From contig CAMDKM010000014.1 of NCBI GenBank assembly GCA_945900965.1, positions 22,831 to 86,830 of the forward strand: a DNA stretch of 64,000 nucleotides, given 5' to 3'. The position numbers were made by a program, and so were the translations under genes. The stretch is from Bordetella parapertussis. GTDB taxonomy: Bacteria > Pseudomonadota > Gammaproteobacteria > Burkholderiales > JACQAP01. Below the pieces are notes generated by a model. The model made no database searches, was not told the origin of the DNA, and worked only from the letters and a program-made list of their open reading frames with translations. Positions 1 to 9,600 of the stretch are shown piece after piece (the stretch's first letter is position 1; every line of letters begins with the position of its first letter).

Positions 1-640
1 CGAACTCCCGCACTGCCCAGCCAAAGGCGCGCCATTTGTCGGCCAGGGGATCAACGCCGATCACCTCGTCCACCCTACCGCTCTGGCAGATCTTGTTGAA
101 GTCGATTATCGCGGTCAGATTGGCGAGTCTGTGATGGGCCGCCGCCATGGCGGCTTCCCAATTGGAGCCCTCGTGCAATTCCCCGTCGCCCAGCATGACA
201 AAAGTGTGGAAGGATTTTTTCTGCATGCGTGCGCCCAGCGCCATGCCCATGGCAACGGCCAGCCCATGGCCAAGCGCGCCGGTGCACATTTCCACGCCAT
301 TCATCTTGATATCCGGGTGCATGCCGAACGGCGACTCGAAGTGGTAGAAACGGTCGAGGATCGACTCGTCGATAAAGCCCGCCTGGGCCAGCACCGCACC
401 TAACGCCGCATTGGCGTGCCCTTTCGACAGCACAAAGCGATCGCGGTCCGGCCATTCGGGCTCGCTGGCGCGAATCCGCATGCGATGAAAATACAGCGCG
501 GCCAGAATATCCGCCGCGGAACTCGATCCGCCGACATGCCCTCCGCTCCCGGCGCGAATCGCGCGCCAGAGGTTGCGTCGCACCTGGCGTGCTTCGACTT
601 CGAGCCGCTTGATAATTTGTAGTTTATTTTCCGCGTTCAC
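1..640 (-). CDS. transketolase, N-terminal (TPP-binding) subunit; 3' end runs off the window
   Basis: Absent from the ORF track because it is open at the window edge. My translation of the minus strand from GTG at 640 (SD AAGGGAGG just upstream) gives VNAENKLQIIKRLE..GGHVGGSSSAADILAALYFH..SKGHANAALGAVLAQAGF..GALGHGLAVAMGMA..MLGDGELHEGSNWEAAMAA. This is the split-transketolase N-terminal pattern. Confidence 0.85.
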   Translation of the reverse strand, partial: MNAENKLQIIKRLEVEARQVRRNLWRAIRAGSGGHVGGSSSAADILAALYFHRMRIRASEPEWPDRDRFVLSKGHANAALGAVLAQAGFIDESILDRFYHFESPFGMHPDIKMNGVEMCTGALGHGLAVAMGMALGARMQKKSFHTFVMLGDGELHEGSNWEAAMAAAHHRLANLTAIIDFNKICQSGRVDEVIGVDPLADKWRAFGWAVREF

Positions 641-1026
641 GAAATTCCTCCCTTCAGGTCATGGCAGTAGTACCGGACAATTGTCGCGGTCCGGGAACAG
701 AATAGCAACCGGGCCGCCCGCCTCTACAAAGCGCATGCCTTGTGAGCGGTGGCTTGATCTGCCCCCACCCTGACGCGCGGACACGTTACCGATGAAATCG
801 ACCGCTTGCGGGAAGCGCGTCTTAGCCCGGCCTCCCCCGCTGTCCAAGGGAGAGAATGTTTTGATAATTCGGAAGCACTACACTAGGACAGTCTTGTATC
901 GTGCTTCCTTATCCAGGAAGAACCTGACAAGGATCTTTCCGCCAAATGATCGGTGTTTTGGCCGGCTGAATCCGATCAGGCCGTCATGGCGTATAAGATG
1001 TTTTGTTCATATAACGGTGAAAATCC

Positions 1027-1638
1027 ATGAAACGCACCTTTACTTCAGTTTTGTTCGGTGTCGCCCTGTGCGGCACCGCAATGGCCGCCGACTCCCCCAT
1101 CCGCCCCGCGGACGCCGAGACCGCCGTGTTTGCCGGCGGATGCTTCTGGTGCATTGAAGCGGATTTCGAAAAATTGCCCGGCGTGTACGACGCCGAATCC
1201 GGATACGCGGGCGGCGCGCAGAAGAACCCCACGTACGAGCAAGTCAGCGCCGGTGGCACCGGTCATGCCGAAGTCGTGCGCGTCTATTACGACCCGAAAA
1301 AAGTGAGTTACCAGAAACTGGTGGATTATTTCTGGCGGCATATCGATCCGACGGTGAAGGACCGTCAGTTCTGCGACGGGGGCAATCAGTATCGCAGCGC
1401 GATTCTCTACCAGAACGACGCGGAAAAGACCGTAGCCGAGGCCAGCAAGACGGCTCTCGAGAAAAGGGGGCACTTCGCGAAGATTTATACCGAGATCATC
1501 CCGGTCGGAGTGTTTTATTCCGCCGAGGAGTACCACCAGGATTACTACAAGAAAAACCCGATCCGCTACAAGTACTACCGCACCGCCTGCGGCCGCGATT
1601 CACGAGTCAAGGAAGTGTGGGGGAAAGACCCATCGTGA
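1027..1638 (+). CDS. msrA: peptide-methionine (S)-S-oxide reductase MsrA, exported form (Sec-type signal peptide)
   Basis: GGCFWCIEADFEKLPGVYDAESGYAGG..GHAEVVRVYYDP motifs. The N-terminus MKRTFTSVLFGVALCGTAMA-ADSP looks like a cleavable signal peptide. Confidence 0.9.
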   Translation: MKRTFTSVLFGVALCGTAMAADSPIRPADAETAVFAGGCFWCIEADFEKLPGVYDAESGYAGGAQKNPTYEQVSAGGTGHAEVVRVYYDPKKVSYQKLVDYFWRHIDPTVKDRQFCDGGNQYRSAILYQNDAEKTVAEASKTALEKRGHFAKIYTEIIPVGVFYSAEEYHQDYYKKNPIRYKYYRTACGRDSRVKEVWGKDPS

Positions 1639-1731
1639 TTGATGCAGGCGGCGTTTGATTTATCTTAACGATCGTGGCGCCTGGCGCCACCCCGGGAAAT
1701 GAAAGAGATTGCCGGGTAAACCCAGCGTGCG

Positions 1732-4700
1732 TTAATGAATACGGACACGGAATAACAAATCGAAATACTTGTTGCCGCCGACCGCCCCGTTCATCGTGCC
1801 GGCGGGCTTCAAGCGGATGTGACGGACCGTGGAATCGAAGCCGTTCCCATCAGGGATGGGTGTGTACGCCCAGTTGCTGCCATCCTGGGAGAAATCCACA
1901 CTGTCCGCGCCGCTGGCAAGGGACGTGAACGTCCAGCCCAGACCGGAAGCGGGTGTTCCGTCGGTGAACGCCACTGGCCCGGAGCCGAGTCCGGCAACAT
2001 CGTCCACGAACAAATCCACCTCCGCGGGCAACGGATCGTTGATAACCACGGAATTGGCGTCCACCGTACCCGGCCCGGAATTGGTCAACCTCACGGTATA
2101 CGCCAGAATGGCGCCGGGAATGGCCTTGGGATTGACGCCATTGTTGATCGGATCGGAAATCAGGCTGGCAAATTTCAACAAAGACAGGGACGGCATCAAC
2201 CCGGTCACCGTCAGCGTGGCGCTGGCATTGTTGACGAGATTCAGAGAGACCCCGCTCACGTTGGCTTGCAAGTTGTTATACACACCTGCCGTCGCCGAAG
2301 TGACGTCGACCGAAATGGCACAGGTGGCCTGTCCCAATGACAAGGTCCCTCCGCTGAACGTGATAGTGCTGCTGCCCGCAACCGCCGTAACCGTACCGTT
2401 GCATTGCGGGGAAGCTGCAGTGCTCGCGACCACGACGCCGGCCGGCAGGGTATCGATGAACCCGATCAAGACATTGACCGGCGCGGCGGCGCCCTGGGCC
2501 GGATTGCCGGTGTCATTGGTGAGAGTAAAGGTCAGTTGCGAAGTGGAATTAGTCGTGACCGTCGCGGGGCTGAAAGCTTTGGTGAGGGTCGCGGCACGCA
2601 CGTTGAAGGTGTCGTTCACGTTGGAAACCAACACGGTCGATCCGGTCAATCCGCTGATTCCGGGTGTGCCATTGCCCGTGGTAACCGTTCCCGCGGCACC
2701 CACGGTGACCGTCACGACGATGGTACAAACGGCATTGGCCGCCGCGTCATAGCCGTTAAAGAGACGGATACCCGTGCTGGTACCGGCAACCAGTGCGCCG
2801 CCTGCCGGATTGGTGATCGAAGCGCCGCCCGTCGTGCAGGTATTGGAGACCGTGCTGCGCCACACCATCTGCGCGCCATTGACGATCGGAAAGTTGTGGG
2901 TGAAACCCAGGTTGGTGATGGCAGCATTGCTGTTGTTGATGGTGTAAGTCAGCGTCACCGGCATGTTCACGCCAACCGGATCGGGTGAACTCACCATGGT
3001 CAGCGTGGGCGCCGCCGGTGCATTCACCGTCAAGGTGGCCGTGGCGGTGTTGCCGGTGCCGCTGTTGGTGGAAGTCACCGCGCCCGTGGTGTTGACGTTC
3101 GCTCCGATCATCGTGCTTGTGACGTTGACCGTGATTGAGCAGCTTGTCCCGGCGCCACCGGTGGCCCCCCCGGTGAGCGAGATCAGCGAATCACCCTGGG
3201 CGCTGCCGACCAGGAGCGTGCCACCGCAGGTATTGGTCAGTGCCGGCGTGGTCGCGACCACCATGCCCGCGGGAAACGGATCGACAAGCGCCAAACCGGC
3301 GAGCGAAACTGTGTTCCCTGCCGGATTGCTGATCGTGAGAGCGAGTGCGGAAGTACCCCCGGCGCTGATGGTGGCGGGCGAAAACGACTTGGCGATCACC
3401 GGTGAGAAATACACCTCGGTGATGTCCGCATCGCTGTTGTTGCCGGCATTGCCCGCCGGCTCGTTGCCGCCGGCCACACTGACATTGTTGGTGACCGGTG
3501 AAGCGGCTGCGGCTGCCGCGCCCACGGAAACGCTCAGCGTGATGGGCGGAGCGGACGTGTTGGCGGCGATGGCATTGCCCGCCACGCGATTGCAGGTCAC
3601 CACCAGGCCCACCGCCGTGCAGGCCGTCCAGCCGGTGCCGGTGCCGGAAACAAAGGTGAGCCCGGCGGGTAGGGTATCGGTGACCACCACCGGAGTGGTG
3701 CTGGTGGTGAGATCTCCGAGGTTGGTAACGGTCAGCGTGTAAGTCCCGTTGGTTCCCACCGTGAAATTGCCGTTGTGTGACTTGGTAACAACCAGATCCG
3801 GCGTATCCACCAGCGTGGCGACCAAAGCCGAGCTGTTGTTGGCGAGCAGGTTTGCCGACTCATTGGGATTGCTGACACTCGCCTGGTTGGTCACGCTGGG
3901 TGCCGCTGCGGCGGCGATGGTCACTGGAAAAACGACGGTGCTCGATGAAGCGCCCGCGGCAATAGCCGTGGCCCTGGTGCAAAGCACGATGGAATCCCCT
4001 ACTCCATTGTTGGCGCCCACGTTCGTGCACGTCCAACCCGCCCCGATGGTCCAACCCGCGCCGCCCGAGTTGGTCGTCAATGTCACCCCGGCAGGCAAGG
4101 TATCGGTCAGCGTATAGGTGCCTGTCGTGGCACGCCCACCGATGTTGTTGACGGTCAGCGTGTAGGTGGCGGTGTTGACCCCCAGCACAAAATTGGCGGC
4201 AGTGGTTTTGACCTTGGTGACGGTCAGATCGAAGTCCAGCACCGGTGTGGTCAGGCTGGTGGTGTTGTTGCCGCTGGCCGCGGCAGGTTCACCGCCACCG
4301 CTCACACTTGCGGTGTTGACCGCGCAAAGCGTTGCAGGGGTCGCCACGCAGTTTGCAACGTTGTTGGCAACGCTCACCGGGAAGACCACCGTCGTGGAGG
4401 TTGCGCCCGGCGCGATGGCCGTGTTGCGATTGCAGGACACCACGCTTCCGCCAAGCACCCCGGTACACGCCCAGCCGGCACCGATGGTCCAGCCTGCACC
4501 GCCGGACGCCGTGGTCAACGTCAAGCCTGTCGGCAACGTATCGGTGAGTGTGTAGGCATTCGCGCCCGTCGTGAGCCCGCCGACGTTGCTGACACTCACT
4601 GTATAACTTGCGGCAACGCCGACGGTGAAACTTGCGGCCGATGTCTTGTTAACGATCAAGTCGGGACAGCTCACCGCGCACACTGTGGTGGTGATGGTGC

Positions 4701-6309
4701 TGCTGTTGTTGGCGTTATTGCTCGCCAGTTCGCCGCCGCCCGACACCGTTGCAGTGTTGTTGACGCTGGGCGCGGCGGCGGCCGCCGGCAGGACAGTCAA
4801 GGTGATCGCGTTGGCATTGCTGGCGCCGGGAGCCATCGTCGCGCTGCTGGTGCAGACCATGCGTGTTCCGCCTGCCACATTGTCTCCGATAGCGGGCGTG
4901 TTGGCTGCGCAGGTCCAGCCGGTGCCGGTGGCGGACACAAACGTCAATCCCGTGGGCAACACGTCGGTGACGGTATAGGTACTGGCGCCGGTCGTCAGAC
5001 TGCCTAGGGTATTGTTGACGGTGATCGAATAGGTGGCATTGGTCCCGACAGCAAACGAGCTGGTGGCCGTCTTCACCGCGCGCAGGTCCGGACTTGGCGT
5101 GATGGTGACGCTGGCCTGATCGTCTTCGGTGGCCACGCTGTTGTTGGGAACGGAATCCGGATCGAACTGGTCCACGTAGCTGACTTGCGCGGTATTGACG
5201 ATCGGCGTGGCGCCGGTCACGCTGACGTTGAGCACCAGCGTCGCCGTGGCACCCGTGTTGAGCGTGCCCACACGCCAGGTGCCGGCCGGAATCACTCCCA
5301 CCGCCGTCGTCGAATAACTTCCCTGACTCGCCGTCGCCGACACAAAAGTCAGTCCGGCCGGCAGAAAATCCAGCACCCGCACATCGGTGGCGCGATCGAG
5401 TCCGTCGTTGATCACGGTGAGGGTGAAACTGACCGTATTGCCTGGGGTCGGATTACTGGCAACTTTGGTCAGACGCAAGTCCGCACTGCGATCTGGCGAG
5501 GTGCCCAGATCACCGAAAACCGCAACACCGGTTGCAGACATCGCCGTGGCGACAAGTGTGCCGATGTTCACCCGATACAGCGTGGTGCCCGGCGAGACCA
5601 CCATGCTGCCATCCCGCGCAAATGCGCATCCCGTGGCACTGCCTGGAAGTCCGGTAATGACGCCCAGGAGGGTGACGACCCCAGCAGGGGTCACCGTGTA
5701 CAAACTCTGCACCGCAACCATGTACAACACCCCGGTCACCGGATGCAGGCACAGGTCGCCACCGCCGGGCAGATTGCCGCCGTTGAATCCGCTGGCAGGT
5801 GTGACACTGAGAATCGCGCCGGTTGCCGGGTCCAGTCTCCACAGCGAACTGCCCGCGCCGGAATTCATTGCATAAAGATTCCCCGCCGAATCAAATCCGA
5901 GGCGAATCACGCCAGTGGTCGTTGACCCGGGCGTGCCGACCAGCACCGGCGCCACGCCCGGCGTGGCCGGGTCCCAGCGCCACAGGTTCGGATTGGCGGC
6001 AGCGGAATCGAGATAGAACAGCATGCCGTCGCTTGGTCGCGTGGCAAGTGTCGCGGCAAATGCAATGGTCGGTGCAAAGGTCGCAACCTGCGTGGCAGGC
6101 CCGCCAGCAACGGTATTGACGCTGTAAATGCCGGTGTCGATGACACCGTAAAACACTTCGGCTTTTGCGCCGGTGTGCATCAGGATCAAGAATGTCAGGG
6201 TGGACAAACAGGCGCTTCGCGCGAATTGCGCGCCGAACCGCTGGATGGCAGCCATCGCGAAGACGACGGACGCCGGCATGCCCAACAAAATTCGCCAGTT
6301 TCTTTTCAT
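1732..6309 (-). CDS. 1525-aa secreted repeat protein: N-terminal beta-propeller-like region, DUF11-type repeat array, Ig-like modules, shared C-terminal module (putative adhesin)
   Basis: Long ORF with repeated D-L-x-V-x-K..Y-T-L-T-V-x-N-x-G..T-D-x-L-P-x-G-L-T-F-V signatures (DUF11/conserved repeat domain). There are paired Cys in each module. The start ATG overlaps an upstream reading frame by ATGA. Confidence 0.85.
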   Translation of the reverse strand: MKRNWRILLGMPASVVFAMAAIQRFGAQFARSACLSTLTFLILMHTGAKAEVFYGVIDTGIYSVNTVAGGPATQVATFAPTIAFAATLATRPSDGMLFYLDSAAANPNLWRWDPATPGVAPVLVGTPGSTTTGVIRLGFDSAGNLYAMNSGAGSSLWRLDPATGAILSVTPASGFNGGNLPGGGDLCLHPVTGVLYMVAVQSLYTVTPAGVVTLLGVITGLPGSATGCAFARDGSMVVSPGTTLYRVNIGTLVATAMSATGVAVFGDLGTSPDRSADLRLTKVASNPTPGNTVSFTLTVINDGLDRATDVRVLDFLPAGLTFVSATASQGSYSTTAVGVIPAGTWRVGTLNTGATATLVLNVSVTGATPIVNTAQVSYVDQFDPDSVPNNSVATEDDQASVTITPSPDLRAVKTATSSFAVGTNATYSITVNNTLGSLTTGASTYTVTDVLPTGLTFVSATGTGWTCAANTPAIGDNVAGGTRMVCTSSATMAPGASNANAITLTVLPAAAAAPSVNNTATVSGGGELASNNANNSSTITTTVCAVSCPDLIVNKTSAASFTVGVAASYTVSVSNVGGLTTGANAYTLTDTLPTGLTLTTASGGAGWTIGAGWACTGVLGGSVVSCNRNTAIAPGATSTTVVFPVSVANNVANCVATPATLCAVNTASVSGGGEPAAASGNNTTSLTTPVLDFDLTVTKVKTTAANFVLGVNTATYTLTVNNIGGRATTGTYTLTDTLPAGVTLTTNSGGAGWTIGAGWTCTNVGANNGVGDSIVLCTRATAIAAGASSSTVVFPVTIAAAAAPSVTNQASVSNPNESANLLANNSSALVATLVDTPDLVVTKSHNGNFTVGTNGTYTLTVTNLGDLTTSTTPVVVTDTLPAGLTFVSGTGTGWTACTAVGLVVTCNRVAGNAIAANTSAPPITLSVSVGAAAAAASPVTNNVSVAGGNEPAGNAGNNSDADITEVYFSPVIAKSFSPATISAGGTSALALTISNPAGNTVSLAGLALVDPFPAGMVVATTPALTNTCGGTLLVGSAQGDSLISLTGGATGGAGTSCSITVNVTSTMIGANVNTTGAVTSTNSGTGNTATATLTVNAPAAPTLTMVSSPDPVGVNMPVTLTYTINNSNAAITNLGFTHNFPIVNGAQMVWRSTVSNTCTTGGASITNPAGGALVAGTSTGIRLFNGYDAAANAVCTIVVTVTVGAAGTVTTGNGTPGISGLTGSTVLVSNVNDTFNVRAATLTKAFSPATVTTNSTSQLTFTLTNDTGNPAQGAAAPVNVLIGFIDTLPAGVVVASTAASPQCNGTVTAVAGSSTITFSGGTLSLGQATCAISVDVTSATAGVYNNLQANVSGVSLNLVNNASATLTVTGLMPSLSLLKFASLISDPINNGVNPKAIPGAILAYTVRLTNSGPGTVDANSVVINDPLPAEVDLFVDDVAGLGSGPVAFTDGTPASGLGWTFTSLASGADSVDFSQDGSNWAYTPIPDGNGFDSTVRHIRLKPAGTMNGAVGGNKYFDLLFRVRIH
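3414..5484 (-). repeat. intragenic tandem array of five DUF11-type modules (~130-145 aa each) inside the 1525-aa protein
   Basis: Modules begin DLRLTKVAS, DLRAVKTAT, DLIVNKTSA, DLTVTKVKT and DLVVTKSHN. The last four each contain G(T)GW(T/A)C...(V/L)xC(T/N)(S/R) Cys pairs. Boundaries come from my residue count (aa ~276-965). Confidence 0.6.
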
Positions 6310-6600
6310 GGATTGCCTGCTTCGCGCGGATCGGCACCGGCGGTGGAAGTTGCGTCGGGACGACCCCAGCGCGTGTTTTGGTCAAACTTGAAGCGCATCT
6401 GCAGATAAATGCCCTGGGCGGTGTAACGCGCCGCGTCGAAATCGCGATCGGTGAATCCGCTGAGGTGATCGCCATGCGTGACCCTCCCGTTGGTCACCGG
6501 CGAGGAGCCCGTCGAGGGGCTCGAAGAACAGGAATATCTGCGAGCGATCGAAGCTATCAGCGACCTCCGCTGTATGCCTATGCCAGCTCAAAGTTTGGTC
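6306..6600 (-). pseudogene. fossil of the 3' end of the giant barrel gene (duplicate of ~9721-10000)
   Basis: ORF 6306..6497 reads ..[49 protein letters not shown]. The barrel protein C-terminus reads ..[49 protein letters not shown]. Nucleotide similarity is visible to about 6550-6600, and the ATGA overlap with the downstream gene is conserved. Confidence 0.7.
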
Positions 6601-6664
6601 TCGCGGATTGAATCGGGAAGCCGGTTCGCATTGCCATCCGGAAAAGAGGAACCGGGACAATTCC

Positions 6665-9600
6665 TCAACGTATGCGTGCCCGGAACAGAAAATCCGCATA
6701 CGGATTGCCGGAACCTGCGGCGTTCATGATGCCTTGCGGCTTGAGGCGGATATGAAGTACGGTAGTATCGAAGCCGTTCACATCCGGGCTCGGCGTGTAG
6801 GTCCAGACGCTGCCATCCTGGGAAAATTCCACGCTGTCCGTCCCGCTTGCGAGGGATGTGAAGGTCCAACTTAGGCCGCTCACCGGGGTTCCATCGGCAA
6901 ATGCCACCGGACCTGAACCGGGTCCGCCAATGTCGCCCACAAATAAATCCACATTCGCCGGCAGCGGATCGGTAATGACCACCGTGTTGGCATCTACAGC
7001 TCCCGGCCCGGAATTCATCAGACGCACGGTGTAGATCAGAATGGCACCCGGAATAGCCTTGGGATTGAGTGCGTTGTTGACCGGGTCGGAAATTATCACG
7101 GCCGATTTGACCAGGGTAATTACCGGAAATGCGCGCTCTCCAATGACAAACTCACCAAACCCGATGGCCTGGGTTATACCGGTCGCCGTAGTGTCGGTGG
7201 GATTCCTGGCGCCCAGCGTTGGATAACTCCACACGCCGCCGCTTTTGCGCCCGATGGCGAAGTTGGCCGTGTTGGCGCCCGCATCGATATCGCCCGCCAA
7301 AAAATTAAATGTGACGTTGTAGGTGGAAAAAGTCACGGAACCACCGGCGGTCAAGGTCCAATAGCGGTTCACGCTTTTGGCCGCATCAATACCGGAAGTG
7401 TTTGCAGTGGTGTCCGCATGGTCGCCGGCATCGGTACGAGCGGTAACACTGCTGTTCGCCAACGAGGAGGTGACGGCGAGCACGGAAACTGTCACCGGGG
7501 AATAGGCCGCCGCGCTACCGATGGGGAATGTGCAGGTTGTCGTGCCTGCGTTGGTGGGATAGTGCAGCCGCAAATTGCCCACCACATAACGCGCGGCGCC
7601 AGCGCCCGAAGTTGCCGTGGTGCAGTTGGATGTCACATCCAGAATGTTCGAGCCGGTGGCGACGAGCCCGCTGGTCAGCGTCAGCACATTGCTCGACGTG
7701 ACATTGCCGGTCAACGTGGCGCTGTTGCCTGCGCCCACGTTGATCGTCAGATTGTTGAAGTTGGCGGCGCCAATTTGCGGCGCGGCCCCGGTGAAGATCA
7801 CGGTCCCGGTTGGAGTAAAGGTGCCACCTGATTGCGACCATGTGTTTGCGCCCGTGCCGGTCACCGTGATGGTGTTACCGTTGTCGATCAGGGTTCCCGC
7901 GGACTGGTTGTATGTGCCGATGGAGATTGCGGTCGTGGCAGTTAGCGTGGTCGATCCGGTTGAGGAATGGTTGAATGCTCCGGTTACAGTGAGGGCTGCA
8001 TTGCCGGTCATCGTTGCCGTACCAGAGATGTTGAGGTTGTTCCCGATGCTGGTAACACCGGTCATGGTTTTTACGCCGCTGTTGCTCAGGGTCAGATTGA
8101 AGTAACTGACTGCGCAAACGGTTTGAGCGCCGGCCGCATTCCAGTCGACGGTGCTCGTCCCTGCCGTAAATGTACCCCCAACGCCGCTGCAACTTCCGCC
8201 AATGTTAAGTGTGCTTGAACCGCCATTAAGCGTACCGGCCGTTCTCGTCCACGCACCGGTGAACGTGTGCGTCAGCCCTGCTCCCAGATCCAGCGCCCCC
8301 CCCGCGCCGTTGATAGTGAGTCCGGCGCCGCTCACATTCCCGGTGAAGGTCGACGTGCCTGCGGTCTTGGTCATGGACACCAGGCCGGTCGTGGTGAAAC
8401 TCGCGATGCTTTGGGTAGCCATGGTATTGGCAATAACGATCGGGGAACTACCAGCCGTGAACGTACCCGTGGCGCCCTTGACAAAGTTACCGCCAAAAGT
8501 CACTTGCAGGTTATTGGTGGCTAACGTCGCGCCGTTGTTGATGGTCAGCGGGACCGACGCATTGAAGACTTTGGCAACATTCATGGTAATTGTTCCTGCA
8601 CCGGCAATGAGCACACCGCCGCTTGCCGCAAAGGGCGTTATCCATTCTTCTGCCGTGGCCGTGTAGGCACCTGGCTTGTTGTATTGCAGCGTCGCGTTTG
8701 CACCGTAGGTGACCACTCCAGCTCCTGTAACAACAACGGATGCGGTTCCTTCCAGGGAAAGTACGCCATTGACAGTGGGTGTCGTCGCGAAGGTCTTTGC
8801 ACCGGAACCGGAAAAGGTCAAGTTGCTGTAGATAGTCACTCTTCCGGTTTGCGCCGCACCGTTGTAATTGACCGTGTTGGTGGCCGCATTGGCGGTCAGC
8901 ACAGCAGGCGATGCATTCAATAACGCGCCACTCACATTGAGGGTCGAGCCGGCGGCATTGGTCCAGACGTTGGTATTGTTCGTGTCCACGATATTCAGAA
9001 TGGTCACGGTGCCGCTATTGGTCAGAGTCGCGGGGTTAGTCTGGTAAGTAATTGCCGAGGGCGCCGCATTAATCACCCCGGTTGCGCTGATGATGGTGCT
9101 GTTGGCATAGAGGCGGAGGAAATTGGCCGCCCCTGTAACTGTTGATGTGAGCGTGCCGTTGATTGTTAACACGGAACCAGGAACGGTTGTGCCGCCATTG
9201 CGGCCAGCACGAAACTGAGTGGCTGCGGTAAAAGTAAGATTGGTGCCGGCTGCAACAGACGGAGTGGTGCCGGAGGTGTAAAGTCGCGCCTCTCCGGTCA
9301 AGGTTCCGCTTCCAGAGATGACCGATGTATTACCGGTAATGTTTACTCCACCAGATCCGCCAGCTGTCGCGTCGTCCAACGTGCCATTAATGACGACATT
9401 TCCGGTGACATTCAGGAGGGTGCTGTTGAGTGTCAGGGTACCGCCGGAGTTAATGGTAAGACTGGTTACGGTGCGCGCGGCGTCCAGAGTGACGATGTTA
9501 GGCGAGGCAATGGTCACGGTATCCGCCGCACCCGGAATGCCTCCGGTTGCACCCACACATCCGACACCTGCCCCGCCCCAGGTCGTCTGTACGTTCCATG

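Noticed and set aside
1674-1690. Palindrome GTGGCGCC-T-GGCGCCAC between convergent msrA and the 1525-aa gene as a bidirectional terminator.
   Set aside because: The loop would be only ~1-5 nt and there is no U-rich tail on either side. That is not enough to call a terminator.
1829-2752. Long ORFs antisense to, or out of frame with, recognised genes. Examples: 1829..2752 +, 10318..11322 +, 13393..14472 +, 30524..31879 +, 33698..35014 +, 34768..35565 -, 54358..55800 +, 62376..63428 +.
   Set aside because: These are typical high-GC shadow ORFs. They have Arg/Gly/Ala/Pro-rich low-complexity products, no SD, and overlap completely with genes that have clear family signatures on the other strand or frame.
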